From Octopus bimaculoides (lineage: Eukaryota): a DNA stretch of 51,090 bases. The translations under genes and the position numbers were made by a program. The notes below the pieces were generated by a model. The model was given only the letters and a program-made list of their open reading frames with translations. It ran no database searches and had not been told where the DNA came from. The DNA lies in the NCBI RefSeq assembly GCF_001194135.2, contig NC_068997.1, positions 19,916,602 to 19,967,691 of the forward strand. Reading direction: 5' to 3'. Shown here piece after piece: positions 23,950 to 36,846 of this stretch. Each line of letters opens with the position of its first letter. The first letter of the stretch is position 1.

Positions 23950-24577
23950 AAGTGCAAAGAATATTAATACTGTATATAGGGATCAGTTCCAGAAATTCTG
24001 AGCCGGAAACTACAGCCTAGAAGATGAGCCTCCTTCTGGAAGATCTGTAGAGCTTGACAAGGACATCCTGCAAACCCTTGTGGAACAAAATCCCATCATT
24101 ACTGTAGAGGAACTAGCAGAGAAACTTGGATTTCGTCATTCAACCATTCATCAACACCAGTGCTAGAAGGAAAATGACAATCTTTGGTTTCAAGATGAAA
24201 GGTGTTCTTCCATCAGGATAAATCTTGGCATTCCATAGGCTGGAGCAGTTTTAATTGGAAATGATGCCCCATGTAACATATTTGCCAGACATTGCCCCAT
24301 CTGATTATCATTTATTCTGCAGTCTTCAAAACCATTTGGACAGAAAAAATATGAATTCTGTAGACGAAATCAGAGGAGTACTGGTGGAGAATTTTTCATC
24401 ATAGACAAGTGAGTTTTGGAAGAGGGGCCTTGCAAGTCTATCAGATAGATGGAAGAGCATTGTAGGAAATTGTAGAAATTGAAGGAGAGTACATTTTAGA
24501 TTATAAAAAACTTTGTTTATCTTAATTTTGAAAAATAAAAGTATAAAAAACTGCATTATTTATGGGATGACCTAGTA
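23950..24577 (+). mobile_element. Internally deleted mariner transposon (second family)
   Basis: GNYSLEDEPPSGRSVELDKDILQTLVEQNPIITVEELAEKLG and YLPDIAPSDYHLFCSLQNHL (the mariner YSPDLAPSD motif). Terminal TTATGGGATGACCTAGTA is followed by (TA)n. Confidence 0.9.
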
Positions 24578-25744
24578 TATATATATAACTTAGTTATTGC
24601 ACATTGGAAAATCCAGCCTTTATTTTTCTACTTAAATTGTACAAATTTGTAACTTTTAAAAGTTCTGTCTGTGCACTCTAAGAAGCTTATTCCTAAGAAA
24701 AATACAGCAGGTGTTTATTGAAGTAGCAGGCTGTTATTGACCACAGGGGTATAAGTTCAAATCTAACCTCTACATTCACCTAACCATACTTNNNNNNNNN
24801 NNNNNNNNNNNNNNNNNNNNNNNNNNNNNNNNNNNNNNNNNNNNNNNNNNNNNNNNNNNNNNNNNNNNNNNNNNNNNNNNNNNNNNNNNNNNNNNNNNNN
24901 NNNNNNNNNNNNNNNNNNNNNNNNNNNNNNNNNNNNNNNNNNNNNNNNNNNNNNNNNNNNNNNNNNNNNNNNNNNNNNNNNNNNNNNNNNNNNNNNNNNN
25001 NNNNNNNNNNNNNNNNNNNNNNNNNNNNNNNNNNNNNNNNNNNNNNNNNNNNNNNNNNNNNNNNNNNNNNNNNNNNNNNNNNNNNNNNNNNNNNNNNNNN
25101 NNNNNNNNNNNNNNNNNNNNNNNNNNNNNNNNNNNNNNNNNNNNNNNNNNNNNNNNNNNNNNNNNNNNNNNNNNNNNNNNNNNNNNNNNNNNNNNNNNNN
25201 NNNNNNNNNNNNNNNNNNNNNNNNNNNNNNNNNNNNNNNNNNNNNNNNNNNNNNNNNNNNNNNNNNNNNNNNNNNNNNNNNNNNNNNNNNNNNNNNNNNN
25301 NNNNNNNNNNNNNNNNNNNNNNNNNNNNNNNNNNNNNNNNNNNNNNNNNNNNNNNNNNNNNNNNNNNNNNNNNNNNNNNNNNNNNNNNNNNNNNNNNNNN
25401 NNNNNNNNNNNNNNNNNNNNNNNNNNNNNNNNNNNNNNNNNNNNNNNNNNNNNNNNNNNNNNNNNNNNNNNNNNNNNNNNNNNNNNNNNNNNNNNNNNNN
25501 NNNNNNNNNNNNNNNNNNNNNNNNNNNNNNNNNNNNNNNNNNNNNNNNNNNNNNNNNNNNNNNNNNNNNNNNNNNNNNNNNNNNNNNNNNNNNNNNNNNN
25601 NNNNNNNNNNNNNNNNNNNNNNNNNNNNNNNNNNNNNNNNNNNNNNNNNNNNNNNNNNNNNNNNNNNNNNNNNNNNNNNNNNNNNNNNNNNNNNNNNNNN
25701 NNNNNNNNNNNNNNNNNNNNNNNNNNNNNNNNNNNNNNNNNNNN

Positions 25745-26062
25745 AACAGAGGAAGAACGAGAGGGGGAAAAAAGATAGAGGAAGAGGAAGAGAAAGAGAT
25801 AGAGTAGCGTCGGAAGATATAAGTTTACGAAAACTACTTACGATTGGAGACGCCGGGTTCAGTCATGTAAAAACAAATAGTAAATGAGTATATGCATATA
25901 TACGTACAGGTATGTGCATACCAACATCCACCTGTATGTATAGGTGCATATCTGGGTACAGGACATTGCAAACAAAACGTAGACGAGAAAACACACAAGC
26001 CACATAGAGAACATTCTACTTCATCAGCTACCCACGTTTTAACACCGGCGTTTCAACGAGCT
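25745..26062. mobile_element. Unclassified repeat end inserted at a (TA)n run
   Basis: Relatively GC/CpG-rich segment ending ...ACACCGGCGTTTCAACGAGCT then (TA)n. It sits between a gap and a 205-bp exact duplicate of upstream sequence. Confidence 0.45.
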
Positions 26063-27095
26063 TATATATATATATATAACTTAGTTATTGCACATTGGAA
26101 AATCCAGCCTTTATTTTTCTACTTAAATTGTACAAATTTGTAACTTTTAAAAGTTCTGTCTGTGCACTCTAAGAAGCTTATTCCTAAGAAAAATACAGCA
26201 GGTGTTTATTGAAGTAGCAGGCTGTTATTGACCACAGGGGTATAAGTTCAAATCTAACCTCTACATTCACCTAACCATACTTTTATTATCCTAAATAAAG
26301 ACACATTACTCTGTTTGGATTAGTCTGTCTGATAAGTTCCTTTCAATTTTTTTTTTTGAGTTGTGTAGAGAAAGTAATTGCTTCAACAATATGCAAATAT
26401 CAAAATCTTGTAAAAACTCTCTGACTCATATTAACATAGAAGTATGTGTGTAACAAACTAGAAAAACATAACTAAATATGTTTTGTATGAAAAAGGCAAT
26501 ACACATATTACAGATGTTGATTTTATTTGGTATCTGAATAAAATTTGTGGTAATTGAAATATAAGTATTAATATTCAGAATTCTTAGATTTTTTTTTTTT
26601 TTTACTTAAGTTTTTAAGAAATTTTTTTAAAGTGATTTTTTTTTCTTTTTTTCTTGTCTAATATTTTAGAATTTTTGAAGTAATGGTCTAGTAATTTTCA
26701 CAAATTTTAAACTAGTTATTTTTAAAAGTTTTAACACACATTGTTTTACACATACATGCACACATACAAACATGTGTACATACACACAAATATGTATGTA
26801 TATATGTGTGAATGTGTGTGTATGAGTGTGTGTTTGTGTGTGTGTGTATTTATGAGATTTTTTTTCTATTCTTCTAATATTTTAATAAAATTTTCAGAGG
26901 CCAGATTTTAGCAATTCTTTAGATTAAGATTTAGACTGTAGATTTTGATTGTAATTTTTTGAAATTTTATTTTTATATTTTATTATTTCTTTTATTTCTT
27001 AACTGCACCAATTATTTTGCAAAAGCTTTTGATAGTTTCACTCACTCTCACTTCGACAGAATAGTTTTCCATTCATCTGTCTATCTGTCTTCTAG

Positions 27096-27158
27096 GAGTT
27101 AGCACGAAGACGTTCTCTTGTTGGAGAAGAGAGCATAAATTTTAAATCTGAAGGAAAC
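27096..27158 (+). CDS. DGKB: Probable DGK linker exon between C1B and the catalytic domain
   Basis: Acceptor ctgtcttctAG|, consensus donor |GTGAGT, 63 nt, phase 0 to 0, open in the frame required by the previous exon: ELARRRSLVGEESINFKSEGN. No recognisable homology, so it rests on splice signals and phase. Confidence 0.7.
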
Positions 27159-27721
27159 GTGAGTAGTATTTGGTGTTTCCAGATGTTGTGTGCCTCTTCA
27201 AAGAGCTGATATATCATCAGTAGAGAATTTTGGCACATTTTGATTTGGTTTCGCCCTACCAATATAAACTAAATGAAGCAAAAATTCACACTATTTTTGA
27301 TATGTCTTGCTTTATCTAAAACACTGCTATTTTCCTGTCTCCACCATCCCCCAATTTTTCATCAGTATCTCCTATCTATTTCTAGCTATCACTCATGACC
27401 TGTCCCTTCCACCAGTGTCAGACCAATACTGATTCCTGATTCCTTTTAACATTAATTGATATTAGATGAATACCTAAAGAAATTAGTATTTTCCATATAC
27501 GTGTGTGTGTGTGTATATATATATATATGTATATATACATATGTATACATACAGTATATATATATGTATGTGTGTGTGTATAAATGTGTGTGTGAGTGTA
27601 GATATACATGTATCTATATACTCGTATATTTATAATTAACCTAAGTGGATACATCAGTTACAAATAGTTTCTAAACTATTACCTCTCCAATAGTTCCCAT
27701 CACCCTATTTAGCATATATGT

Positions 27722-27780
<59 letters not shown>

Positions 27781-28147
27781 CATTATTATTATCATTATTA
27801 TTAGATGTCATAGTTATGGAAGTATAGATACAATTTAGAATAGCAATCCCAATCCCTTTTATTTATATATTTTGATGTGTTTTTTCTTTCCTTATTCTTG
27901 ATGTTATAAATGTTTACTTAAATTTGTTCTTTATTTCTTTAATAACAGCTCTGCTTTTCATTTCACACACCTACACACAGGCGCATGCACGTACAAACAC
28001 ATACACATTCTCATGCTGATGCAAACACACATTCATATTCGGATAAGGCCTAGTTGATATTGAAGACATGTACATACTCACACACACACGTACATAAATA
28101 TATGTACATATACATTTGTGTGTGTGTATATATATAGATACACACAT

Positions 28148-28182
<35 letters not shown>

Positions 28183-28199
28183 CATATAATCATACACAT

Positions 28200-28256
<57 letters not shown>

Positions 28257-29039
28257 CATTCATAATTTGTCTGTGAATGTCTTAACAGGCCGGAAAATAA
28301 ATTCTCCAAAACTAACCATGTAATGGAATAACTGCGATGTGTTAAATGATCATATTTTTCAGCAAAGCTCAATGTATTCTTCTCCTCTCTGGACATTTTT
28401 TACTAATTAAATGCTGCATATGAAAGGTCAAAATTTCTTAATTGGATTTTCTTTTTTTAACTAATAGATTTATTAATTATTGATATAAACAGAATGCATG
28501 TGTGTGTGTGTGTGTGTGTGTGTCATCAGCATCATTTAGCATCTGTTTTCCATGCTGGCATGGGTTGGACAGTTTGACAGGAGCTGGTAAGTCAGAGGAC
28601 TCTACCAAGCTCTTCTGTCTGCTTTGGTACAGTTTCTAAGGCTGGATGCCCTTCTTAACACCATTCACTTTATATATGAGTGTGTGTACACATATCTATC
28701 TATCTATCTATTTATCTACATACACATATGTATCATCATTATCACTATCATCATCATTGCCATTGTCGTTAGTCAATGTCCATGTTCCAAGCTGGCACAG
28801 TTTGGATAGTTTGATAGGATCTCATACAATGGCGTGACGGACTTTGGCATGGTCCCTACAGCTGGATACTCTTGCTAATGGCAACCACTTTGCAGCATAT
28901 CTTGGGTCCTTAAGGAAACTTTATGCTAAGAGAATGAAGAGTAGAAACTGGTAACCATTAGCCCACTTGCCTTCAATCATCACAGAATAGAACAGGTTAT
29001 ATAGATTATTAACATTATGCTTATTATTTACATTATTTA

Positions 29040-29620
29040 CATTTGACGGATATTTGTCCTCATCTTGTTTGTTGTTAACACAGTGTTTCGGCTGATATAC
29101 TCTCCAGCTTTCTTCAGGTGTCCTGGTGAAATTTGGAACCTGGGTTCTCATTCCTAAGGTATTTTTCAATAAGGGTAGATGAACATTGCAAAGCTGTGAC
29201 ACGAGGAGATATTGATAAATCGGGTATAGCTGATCATGTGTGGAAAAATGGAGACCACCTCCCCCTGTGGGATGAAGTTAAAATAATAGGCAGAACACCA
29301 CTGGAAAATATGAAAACTAAAAGCAGCAGCACATATGCTACGACATAATAACCTCCTAAGCAGACCTAGTGCAGATATGAGTAGCATATGGGAATCGGTA
29401 TTAAAGAAGGATAGGAAAATATTAGATTTATAAGCCTTAAAATTCACTCCATAATTGCCATATGGCGTAGTGGTTAAGAGCATGGACTACTAACCCCAAA
29501 TTCCAAGTTCAATTCCAGGCAGTGACTTGAATAATAATAATAATAACATCAAACCCAGGTTCGAAATATCCCCAGGACACCTGGAGAGTATACCAGCCGA
29601 AATATTGTGTTAACAAATAT
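29040..29620 (+). mobile_element. Penelope-like element relic: GIY-YIG C-terminal fragment between inverted copies of a hammerhead-bearing segment
   Basis: About 29170-29420 reads RVDEHCKAVTRGDIDKSGIADHVWKNGDHLPLWDEVKII..., like the C-terminal part of PLE GIY-YIG domains. 29071-29146 and ~29551-29618 are inverted copies. A tRNA-like SINE head lies at ~29462-29530. Confidence 0.75.
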
Positions 29621-30229
29621 CCATCAAATATAGAACTATATTATGTTCGTTATTTGTTATTGCTTAAATGAAAACACCCTTGGGATTGCACCTAGAAAGT
29701 TACCCTCTGAGGAACAAGTCCAGGCAAGGTTGTCTATGGAAGACCATAGATGAAGACCATAGATAGACACATGCATACCAGCCTTCCCTCTCCATGCTAA
29801 CGATGTTATCCAAGGGAAAGGCAAAGAACACAACACACAGCCCAGTTGTGATTGTGAGCCTGACCTTTCTAACCACTGAGTCATAAATTATATAAGAAAG
29901 TAAAATGCTGGACTGTAGAGATATCAGTCTTAGATCATAGTTACATGATTCGTGATCAGAAGGGTGCCCAGCTGTAAAAACAGAGATCTAAATTTGCAAC
30001 TTCCTACTTGTTTTGTTGATGGGATATCTTTTTACTGATATTGTGTTATTTTTGTTGAAGCTACAATAAACTGATTTGGGATCTCTAGCAAACAGTCTCT
30101 CCATTGTTTTCCATTTATACTCTGCAGGTTTATATTTTAATTTCTCAGCTGTCGCCGTTAGTTCTTATTTTCTTATTTAGGCTGATGATGTCAGAAAAAG
30201 GAAACTGACAAAAAAAAAAAAAATACAAG

Positions 30230-30385
30230 TGCAGATGTGTGGTAAGAAGCTTGCTTCGCAACCACATGATTCTGGGTTCAGTCCCACCTTGTGAAACATC
30301 GGGCGAGTCTCTTTTATTATAGCCTCAGCCTGACCAAAGCCTTGTGAGTGGATTTGGTGGTAGACAGAAGCTGAAGGAAGCCTGT

Positions 30386-30421
<36 letters not shown>

Positions 30422-30665
30422 TGTCTACTTTTGTGTCTGTGTTTGTCCCCACATCTGCTTGACAACCAGTGTTGTTGTTTACATCTCCATAACTTAGCAG
30501 TTAGGCAAAAGAGACTGATAGAATAAGTACCAAACTTTAAAAAAACTTTTTAAAAAAGGTCTAAGGTTAATTCATTTGACCAAAAATTCTTCAAGGCAGC
30601 GCTCCAGTATGGCCACAGTCTAATAACTGAAACATGTAAAAGTTAAAAGATAAAAAAGGTAAAAG
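30230..30665 (+). mobile_element. tRNA-derived SINE family C with an internal (GT)n microsatellite (near full length)
   Basis: Head GTGTGGTAAGAAGCTTGCTT...GGGTTCAGTCCCAC, body CCAAAGCCTTGTGAGTGGATTTGGTAGACAGAA, then (GT)n and tail ...CCAGTATGGCCACAGTC...ACTGAAACA. Other copies at ~4215-4535(-), 4625-4810(+), 5995-6095(-), 7690-8045(-), 10285-10445(+), 13705-13862(-), 34970-35165(+), 44470-45430(+) and 48455-48725(-). Confidence 0.8.
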
Positions 30666-31164
30666 AAGTTCAAGAAAGGAATTTGATTTCTCATATGCCA
30701 CAATCATAAACCATTCATTTATATCCAGTTACTCTGTTCTGATTAGACAAATTTCAGTAATATTTGTTTTAAGTCATTAGTTTACCATTTACATTGTCGT
30801 TATAGTTGTTGTATCATCGGTGTTGTTTTCATTATTGTTGTTGTTATTATTGTTGTATCAATTCATAGTTAGTTATTGTTGTATTTTCATTTATATACCT
30901 ATGTTTAATCAAAAATTGATGTCTGCATGTATTTAAAAAGAACAAAAAAAATCCTTTTACCGTTTGCATTCTTTCTTTATAAATTTTTTGCTCGTCCCAC
31001 CCCTATTATACTTGCTTTATTGTAAGAATTCCATCACATATTTGTTACTAATTCTTCAAATGTAACTTAATGAACTTATTATCATTATATTTTACTTCTC
31101 AGAGCTCTCAATCTTATCTCTTAAATGTCTATTTCCACAAATTATAAGACTCATTAGTTAGGCA

Positions 31165-31410
31165 TTAAGTTTCATGGAATATACTCAACACCCAAGTACC
31201 AATCTGAAAATCCTGGCTGTCCTCAATACTCTCTACTCTCATGACAATTCCGACTTCTCCAAAATATTTCTCAAATTTGGTTATTAGTGTTCCAAGTCTC
31301 CCTACAACCATTGGGATAACAGTTACTCTCTTCTTTGCAATTTTGTCTTTTAGTAATTGGTATTTTTCCACCTTTTCCAGCTCTTTGTCACCTATGCATG
31401 CATGCTCTGC
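31165..31410 (-). mobile_element. R4/NeSL-like (RLE-type) non-LTR retrotransposon 3' coding fragment
   Basis: IGDKELEKVEKYQLLKDKIAKKRVTVIPMVVGRLGTLITKFEKYFGEVGI matches the EKxxKYxxL...V.V.P.V.G.LG pattern after the restriction-like endonuclease. Confidence 0.7.
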
Positions 31411-32060
31411 TGCTTCAAATTCCGCTGAGGTCAACTTTGCCTTTCATCCTTTCGGGGTTGATAAATTAAGTACCAGTTGCATACTGGGGTCGATGTAATC
31501 GACTATCCCCCTCCCCATAATATCAGACCTTGTGCATATAGTAGAAATTATTATTATTATTATTATTATTATTATTGTTGTTATTATTAACGTGGTGAGC
31601 TGGCAGAATTGTTAGCATGCTGGGCAAAATGGTTAGCAGTATTTCATCTGCCATTACATTCTGAGTTCAAATTCCACCAAAGTCGACTTTGGCTTTCATC
31701 CTTTCGGGGTCAATAAATCAAGTACCAGTGAAACGCTGGGGGTCAATGTAATTGACTAGTCCCCTCCCACGAAATTTCAGGCCTTGTGTCTTTAGTAAAA
31801 AGGATTATTACTATCATTATTATTTTTATTATGAAGTCAGTGAGCTGGGAGGATCATTAGCACACCAGACAAAATATTTTGTGGCATTTCTTCTGGTTTT
31901 ATGTTCTGAGTTCAAATTCCACTGAGGTTGACTTTGCCTTTCATCCTGTTGGAAGTTGATAGAATAAATAGCAGATGAACACTGGGGTTGGTGTATTCAA
32001 CTAGCCCTTTCCCCTAAAAATTCTAAAAATTCATTTTCTTGTGCCTACAGTTGAAAAAGT
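31410..32060 (+). mobile_element. Three head-to-tail family B SINEs
   Basis: Cores at ~31425, 31680 and 31925, each followed by an (ATT)n tail. Confidence 0.8.
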
Positions 32061-32284
32061 TTTTATTATAATTATTATTTTTGTTATTATTATTATTATT
32101 CCATCAGCCAAAGGAAATTTCACAATAATTCATCAATTTATGCTCCAAGTGCCACCTTTATTGTTTTGTTACAATATTTTTGCTGAATTACACTGCCTGT
32201 ATTTCGGTTAGTTTTTAAAATATTTAGTAAATTTAGAATTTAGNNNNNNNNNNNNNNNNNNNNNNNNNNNNNNNNNNNNNNNNN

Positions 32285-33840
32285 AATTAACTTTGTCATT
32301 ATTAAGCCGGTAATTTAGAGCATAAATTAACACGAAATTGTGATGGAAGGTTTTAATTTAGATCATTTAAAAACATAAACTTTGTATTTTAGAACCAGAG
32401 ATGGTGCCAGATGGTTGGCATCAAACAGTTAATAATGACAAAGTTTTTGATTAGCTTTAATTATTTTCAAACTTAATTGAAAAACAAGGCAGTATGTTTC
32501 AACAGAAATATGGTAACGAAAGGATTAATATCATTGAGTATAGAAAAAGATGGTGGTGGTGGTGGTAGGTGTGTGTGGGGGTAATGATAGAAACTGAACT
32601 TAGATATCTTGTGATATTTATCTCAATCCCTTAAGCCTATTGATTCCAACCTGCCCAAGACAGCCTGGTTCTATGGCAACAACTTCCTGTTTTAAAGTGA
32701 TATAAGTTAAAAACGCCAATCAAAATCCCATGTTAATTTACGTTCCAAACATCAGCTTAATAATGACAAGATTATTTTTAGTCAATTCTTAATTGTTTTG
32801 AAAATTAATTGAAACAAAGGTAGTATATTTCAAGTGAAATATGGTAATAAATGGATTGATATTGTTGTTGTTGTTGGCACTCCGTCGCTTACGACGTTGA
32901 GGGTTCCAGTTGATCCGATCAATGGAACAACCTGCTCGTGAAATTAACGTGCAAGTGGCTGAGCACTCCACAGACACGTGTACCCTTAACGTAGTTCTCG
33001 GGGATATTCAGCATGACACAGTGTGACAAGGCTGACCCTTTGAATTACAGGCACAACAGAGACAGGAAGTAAGAGTGAGAGAAAGTTGTGGTGGAAGAGT
33101 ACAGTAGGGTTCGCCACCATCCCCTGCCGGAGCCTCGTGGAGCTTTAGGTGTTTTTGCTCANNNNNNNNNNNNNNNNNNNNNNNNNNNNNNNNNNNNNNN
33201 NNNNNNNNNNNNNNNNNNNNNNNNNNNNNNNNNNNNNNNNNNNNNNNNNNNNNNNNNNNNNNNNNNNNNNNNNNNNNNNNNNNNNNNNNNNNNNNNNNNN
33301 NNNNNNNNNNNNNNNNNNNNNNNNNNNNNNNNNNNNNNNNNNNNNNNNNNNNNNNNNNNNNNNNNNNNNNNNNNNNNNNNNNNNNNNNNNNNNNNNNNNN
33401 NNNNNNNNNNNNNNNNNNNNNNNNNNNNNNNNNNNNNNNNNNNNNNNNNNNNNNNNNNNNNNNNNNNNNNNNNNNNNNNNNNNNNNNNNNNNNNNNNNNN
33501 NNNNNNNNNNNNNNNNNNNNNNNNNNNNNNNNNNNNNNNNNNNNNNNNNNNNNNNNNNNNNNNNNNNNNNNNNNNNNNNNNNNNNNNNNNNNNNNNNNNN
33601 NNNNNNNNNNNNNNNNNNNNNNNNNNNNNNNNNNNNNNNNNNNNNNNNNNNNNNNNNNNNNNNNNNNNNNNNNNNNNNNNNNNNNNNNNNNNNNNNNAAA
33701 GTGATCTAAATAAAAAAAAAACAACCTCCAATCAAAATTCCATGTTAATTATGTTCCAAACACCAGCTTAATAATGACATGGTTATTTTTAATAAATTCT
33801 TCATTATTTTCTAAAATTGATTATGGTAACAAATGGGTGA
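32285..33840. mobile_element. Cluster of related TTAA-type MITE segments
   Basis: Segments ~32285-32527, ~32630-32860 and ~33698-33840 share TTAATAATGACA...AATTGA...ATATGGTAA. The first ends ATATGGTAACGAAAGGATTAA, a piggyBac-like terminus. A SINE and a gap interrupt the cluster. Confidence 0.5.
32875..33161 (-). mobile_element. SINE family D (tRNA head, RTE-like body, (AAC)n tail)
   Basis: GGCACTCCGTC...GAGGGTTCCAGTTGATCCGATCAATGGAAC...GTACCCTTAACGTAGTTCTC. Related pieces at ~8320-8485, 10490-10590, 11500-11740, 23610-23915, 29665-29885, 46125-46450 and 47500-47700. Confidence 0.75.
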
Positions 33841-34584
33841 AAGTTCCAAACTGGGAAGAAGAAGAAAAAAACCCGAAATCCTGCCTTGGGTTAAACTTTG
33901 ATTGCCATCGCTCAAGTGTCATTAAAATAAACAGCAATGATGTAATGATAGTAGTAGGACCCATACAGTAGTAGTAATAGTAGCAGTAGTAGTAGTAGCA
34001 GCAGCAGTAGTAGTAGTAGTAGCAGCAGCAGTAGTAGTAATGGTGGTGGTGGTGGTGGTGGTGGTATGGAGGTTCGGGCTTGGACAGTAAGGATGGCTCT
34101 TTCATTCCAATCAACTATATACCTTCTTTACGCACTTCCCTGGCCTTGTGCCAGTCCAGGAAATCAATATGACTGAGAACATTGGTTTGGAATTATGTTT
34201 AGAGCAACTAATGTAAATAAATTTTTTTTAAATGTTTTATTTTTCACTTATTAGCCAGTTCAAAACATATACAAATACTTACATATACACACACTTATAA
34301 AAATACATACTTATACACACAGCTGATATATTATAAAGAATTATATAATTACATATACGTTCAAATGTATGTGTGTCTATGTTTAAAAGTGTGCATATAT
34401 GTGCGCATATATATGTATATATATATTTGTGTGTGTATACATATATATATATATATATATATATCTAGGTATATACACGCATATGTACATGCATTTTATA
34501 TATACATACATACNNNNNNNNNNGAGAAAAACACGGAGAAAAAAAATTGAATAGTGTTCAGTCAACGGTCAATCATATATATGT

Positions 34585-34925
34585 ATATATCATCATCATC
34601 TAACATCAGTTGTCCATGCTGACATAGGTTGGACGGATTGACTGGGTTGGCATACTGGAAGGCTGCGCCAGGATCCAGTCTGATTCGGCATGGTTTTTTA
34701 CGGCTGGATGCCCTTCCTAATGCCAACCACTTCATGAGTGTAACGGGTGCTTTCACCTGCCATTTGCATGACACCGGTATCTGCCATGACTGTGATTTTT
34801 CTCAGCTTGATGGGTCTTCTTCTCAAGCACGAGATAATGCCAAAGGTCTTAGCCATTGCCTCTGTGAGGACCAAAACTCGAAAGGAACTCGGCCACTTTG
34901 CCTCTTTGAGACCCAATACTCAAAA
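34585..34925 (-). mobile_element. SINE-like family A, same subfamily as 800-1200
   Basis: Colinear with 820-1200, including the 42-bp unit remnant. Confidence 0.8.
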
Positions 34926-35319
34926 GAAACTCATATATATATATATATGTATACATATAGCGCAGACATAGCTGTGTGGTAAGAAGCTTGCTTCCCAACC
35001 ACATGGTTCCGGGTTCAGTCCCACTGCTTGGCACCTTGGGCTGACCAAAGCTTTCTGAGTGGACTTGGTACACAGATAAAGTCCTGGGGGTCGATTGGTT
35101 TGACTAAAACCCTTCAAGGCGATGCTCCAGCATGGATGCTGCCAAATGACTGAAACAATAGAAGAGCAGAAGAATATAACCAGTGAGTGTGTTAAGTAAT
35201 AAGGCACTAAAAGGGAATGATCCCTCCCCCCAGACACAATAATATATATATAAGCATAAATATATATTCATGTATATATATGTACATAGGTACATGTTTT
35301 TGTGTGTATGTGTATATAT

Positions 35320-35880
35320 CATCATCATCATCATCATCGTTTAACGTCCGTTTTCCATGCTAGCATGGGTTGGACGATTTGACTGAGGACTGGTGAACCA
35401 GATGTCTTCACCAGGTTCCAATCTGATTTGGCAGAGTTTCTACAGCTGGATGCCCTTCCTAATGCCAGCCACTCCAAGAGTGTAGTGGATGCTTTTACAT
35501 GCCACCGGCACGAAGGCCAGTCAGGTGGTACTGGCAGTAAATTTATATATACACATACACACACACATATACATACATCATCATCATCATCATCATCATC
35601 TTCGTTTAACGTCCGCTTTCCATGCTAGCATGGGTTGGACGATTTGACTGAGGACTGGCGAACCAGATGGTTACACCAGGCTCCAATCTGATTTGGCAGA
35701 GTTTCTACAGCTGGATGCCCTTCCTAATGCCAGCCACTCCAAGAGTGTAGTGGNNNNNNNNNNTTGGCAGAGTTTCTACAGCTGGATGCCCTTCCTAATG
35801 CCAGCCACTCCAAGAGTGTAGTGGGTGCTTTTACATGCCACCGGCACGAAGGCCAGTCAGGCGGTACTGGCAGTAAATTT
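35320..35880 (-). mobile_element. SINE-like family A, tandem copies (partly an assembly overlap)
   Basis: Two ~255-bp units share the same downstream flank. 35694-35753 is repeated after the 10-N gap at 35764. Confidence 0.75.
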
Positions 35881-36244
35881 ATATATACACATACACACAC
35901 ACATACATACATATATACATATATTTATATAATATATAATATATAAACACACACACACACATGTATATCACTGCACTTAGAAAGGAAAGTTTAATATTAA
36001 TAAGCACCAACCTTCAACACATGCCAGCATAGAAAAACATTGTAATATGAAGAGATTGATGAGCAAAGAAAGAACGGTGAGAGAAAGCAAAGAACAAACA
36101 CAAAAAGAAAAAAGAAGGAAAATGTAGAAATTAATAAACAAAATATATTAAAAATGTAAGAACCGGGTTGTACAAGACGGCACTTAAGTTTATTCTCTAC
36201 AATTTACCTTTTACTCCAAAATTCTAAACTTATAGATTAGAACA

Positions 36245-36312
36245 TACATACACACACACACACACACACATTCACACACACACATAAACACACATATATG
36301 TGTATGTTCTAA

Positions 36313-36346
<34 letters not shown>

Positions 36347-36439
36347 GATTAGAACATATACGTAACATATATATTTATATATGCATGTATGTATATACGT
36401 ATGAATATATATATGTGTGTGTGTGTTTGTGTATGTGTA

Positions 36440-36481
<42 letters not shown>

Positions 36482-36810
36482 CATATATATATATATATAT
36501 ACATACACACATATATATATATATATATATAAGTATATGTGTGTGTGTATGCCTGTGTGCTTGTCATGTGTGTGTGTGTATGCATGTGTGCTTGTCATGT
36601 GTGTGTGTGTATGCATGTGTGCTTGTCGTGTGTGTGTGTGTGTGTGTGTATGAAGACAAAACTAACAGCAGCAGACAAAACTTTTATAGTGAGAAAGATC
36701 TTATATTTTGATTCCTACTTAAAAAACAAGTTTGTTTATCTTAGTTGTCGTATTTATAAGGTTATTTTCCTTTTACACACTCACACGTACACACCTACAC
36801 TCCCCGCTGC

Positions 36811-36846
<36 letters not shown>

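Noticed and set aside
29462-29530. tRNA-like sequence
   Set aside because: It has A/B boxes but no complete cloverleaf or acceptor stem, so it is a SINE head. The same applies to the other tRNA-like heads.
30182-30225. CTGATGA followed by a TGTCAG/CTGACA stem
   Set aside because: No GAAAC or GUH follows, only poly-A. At best a dead hammerhead relic.
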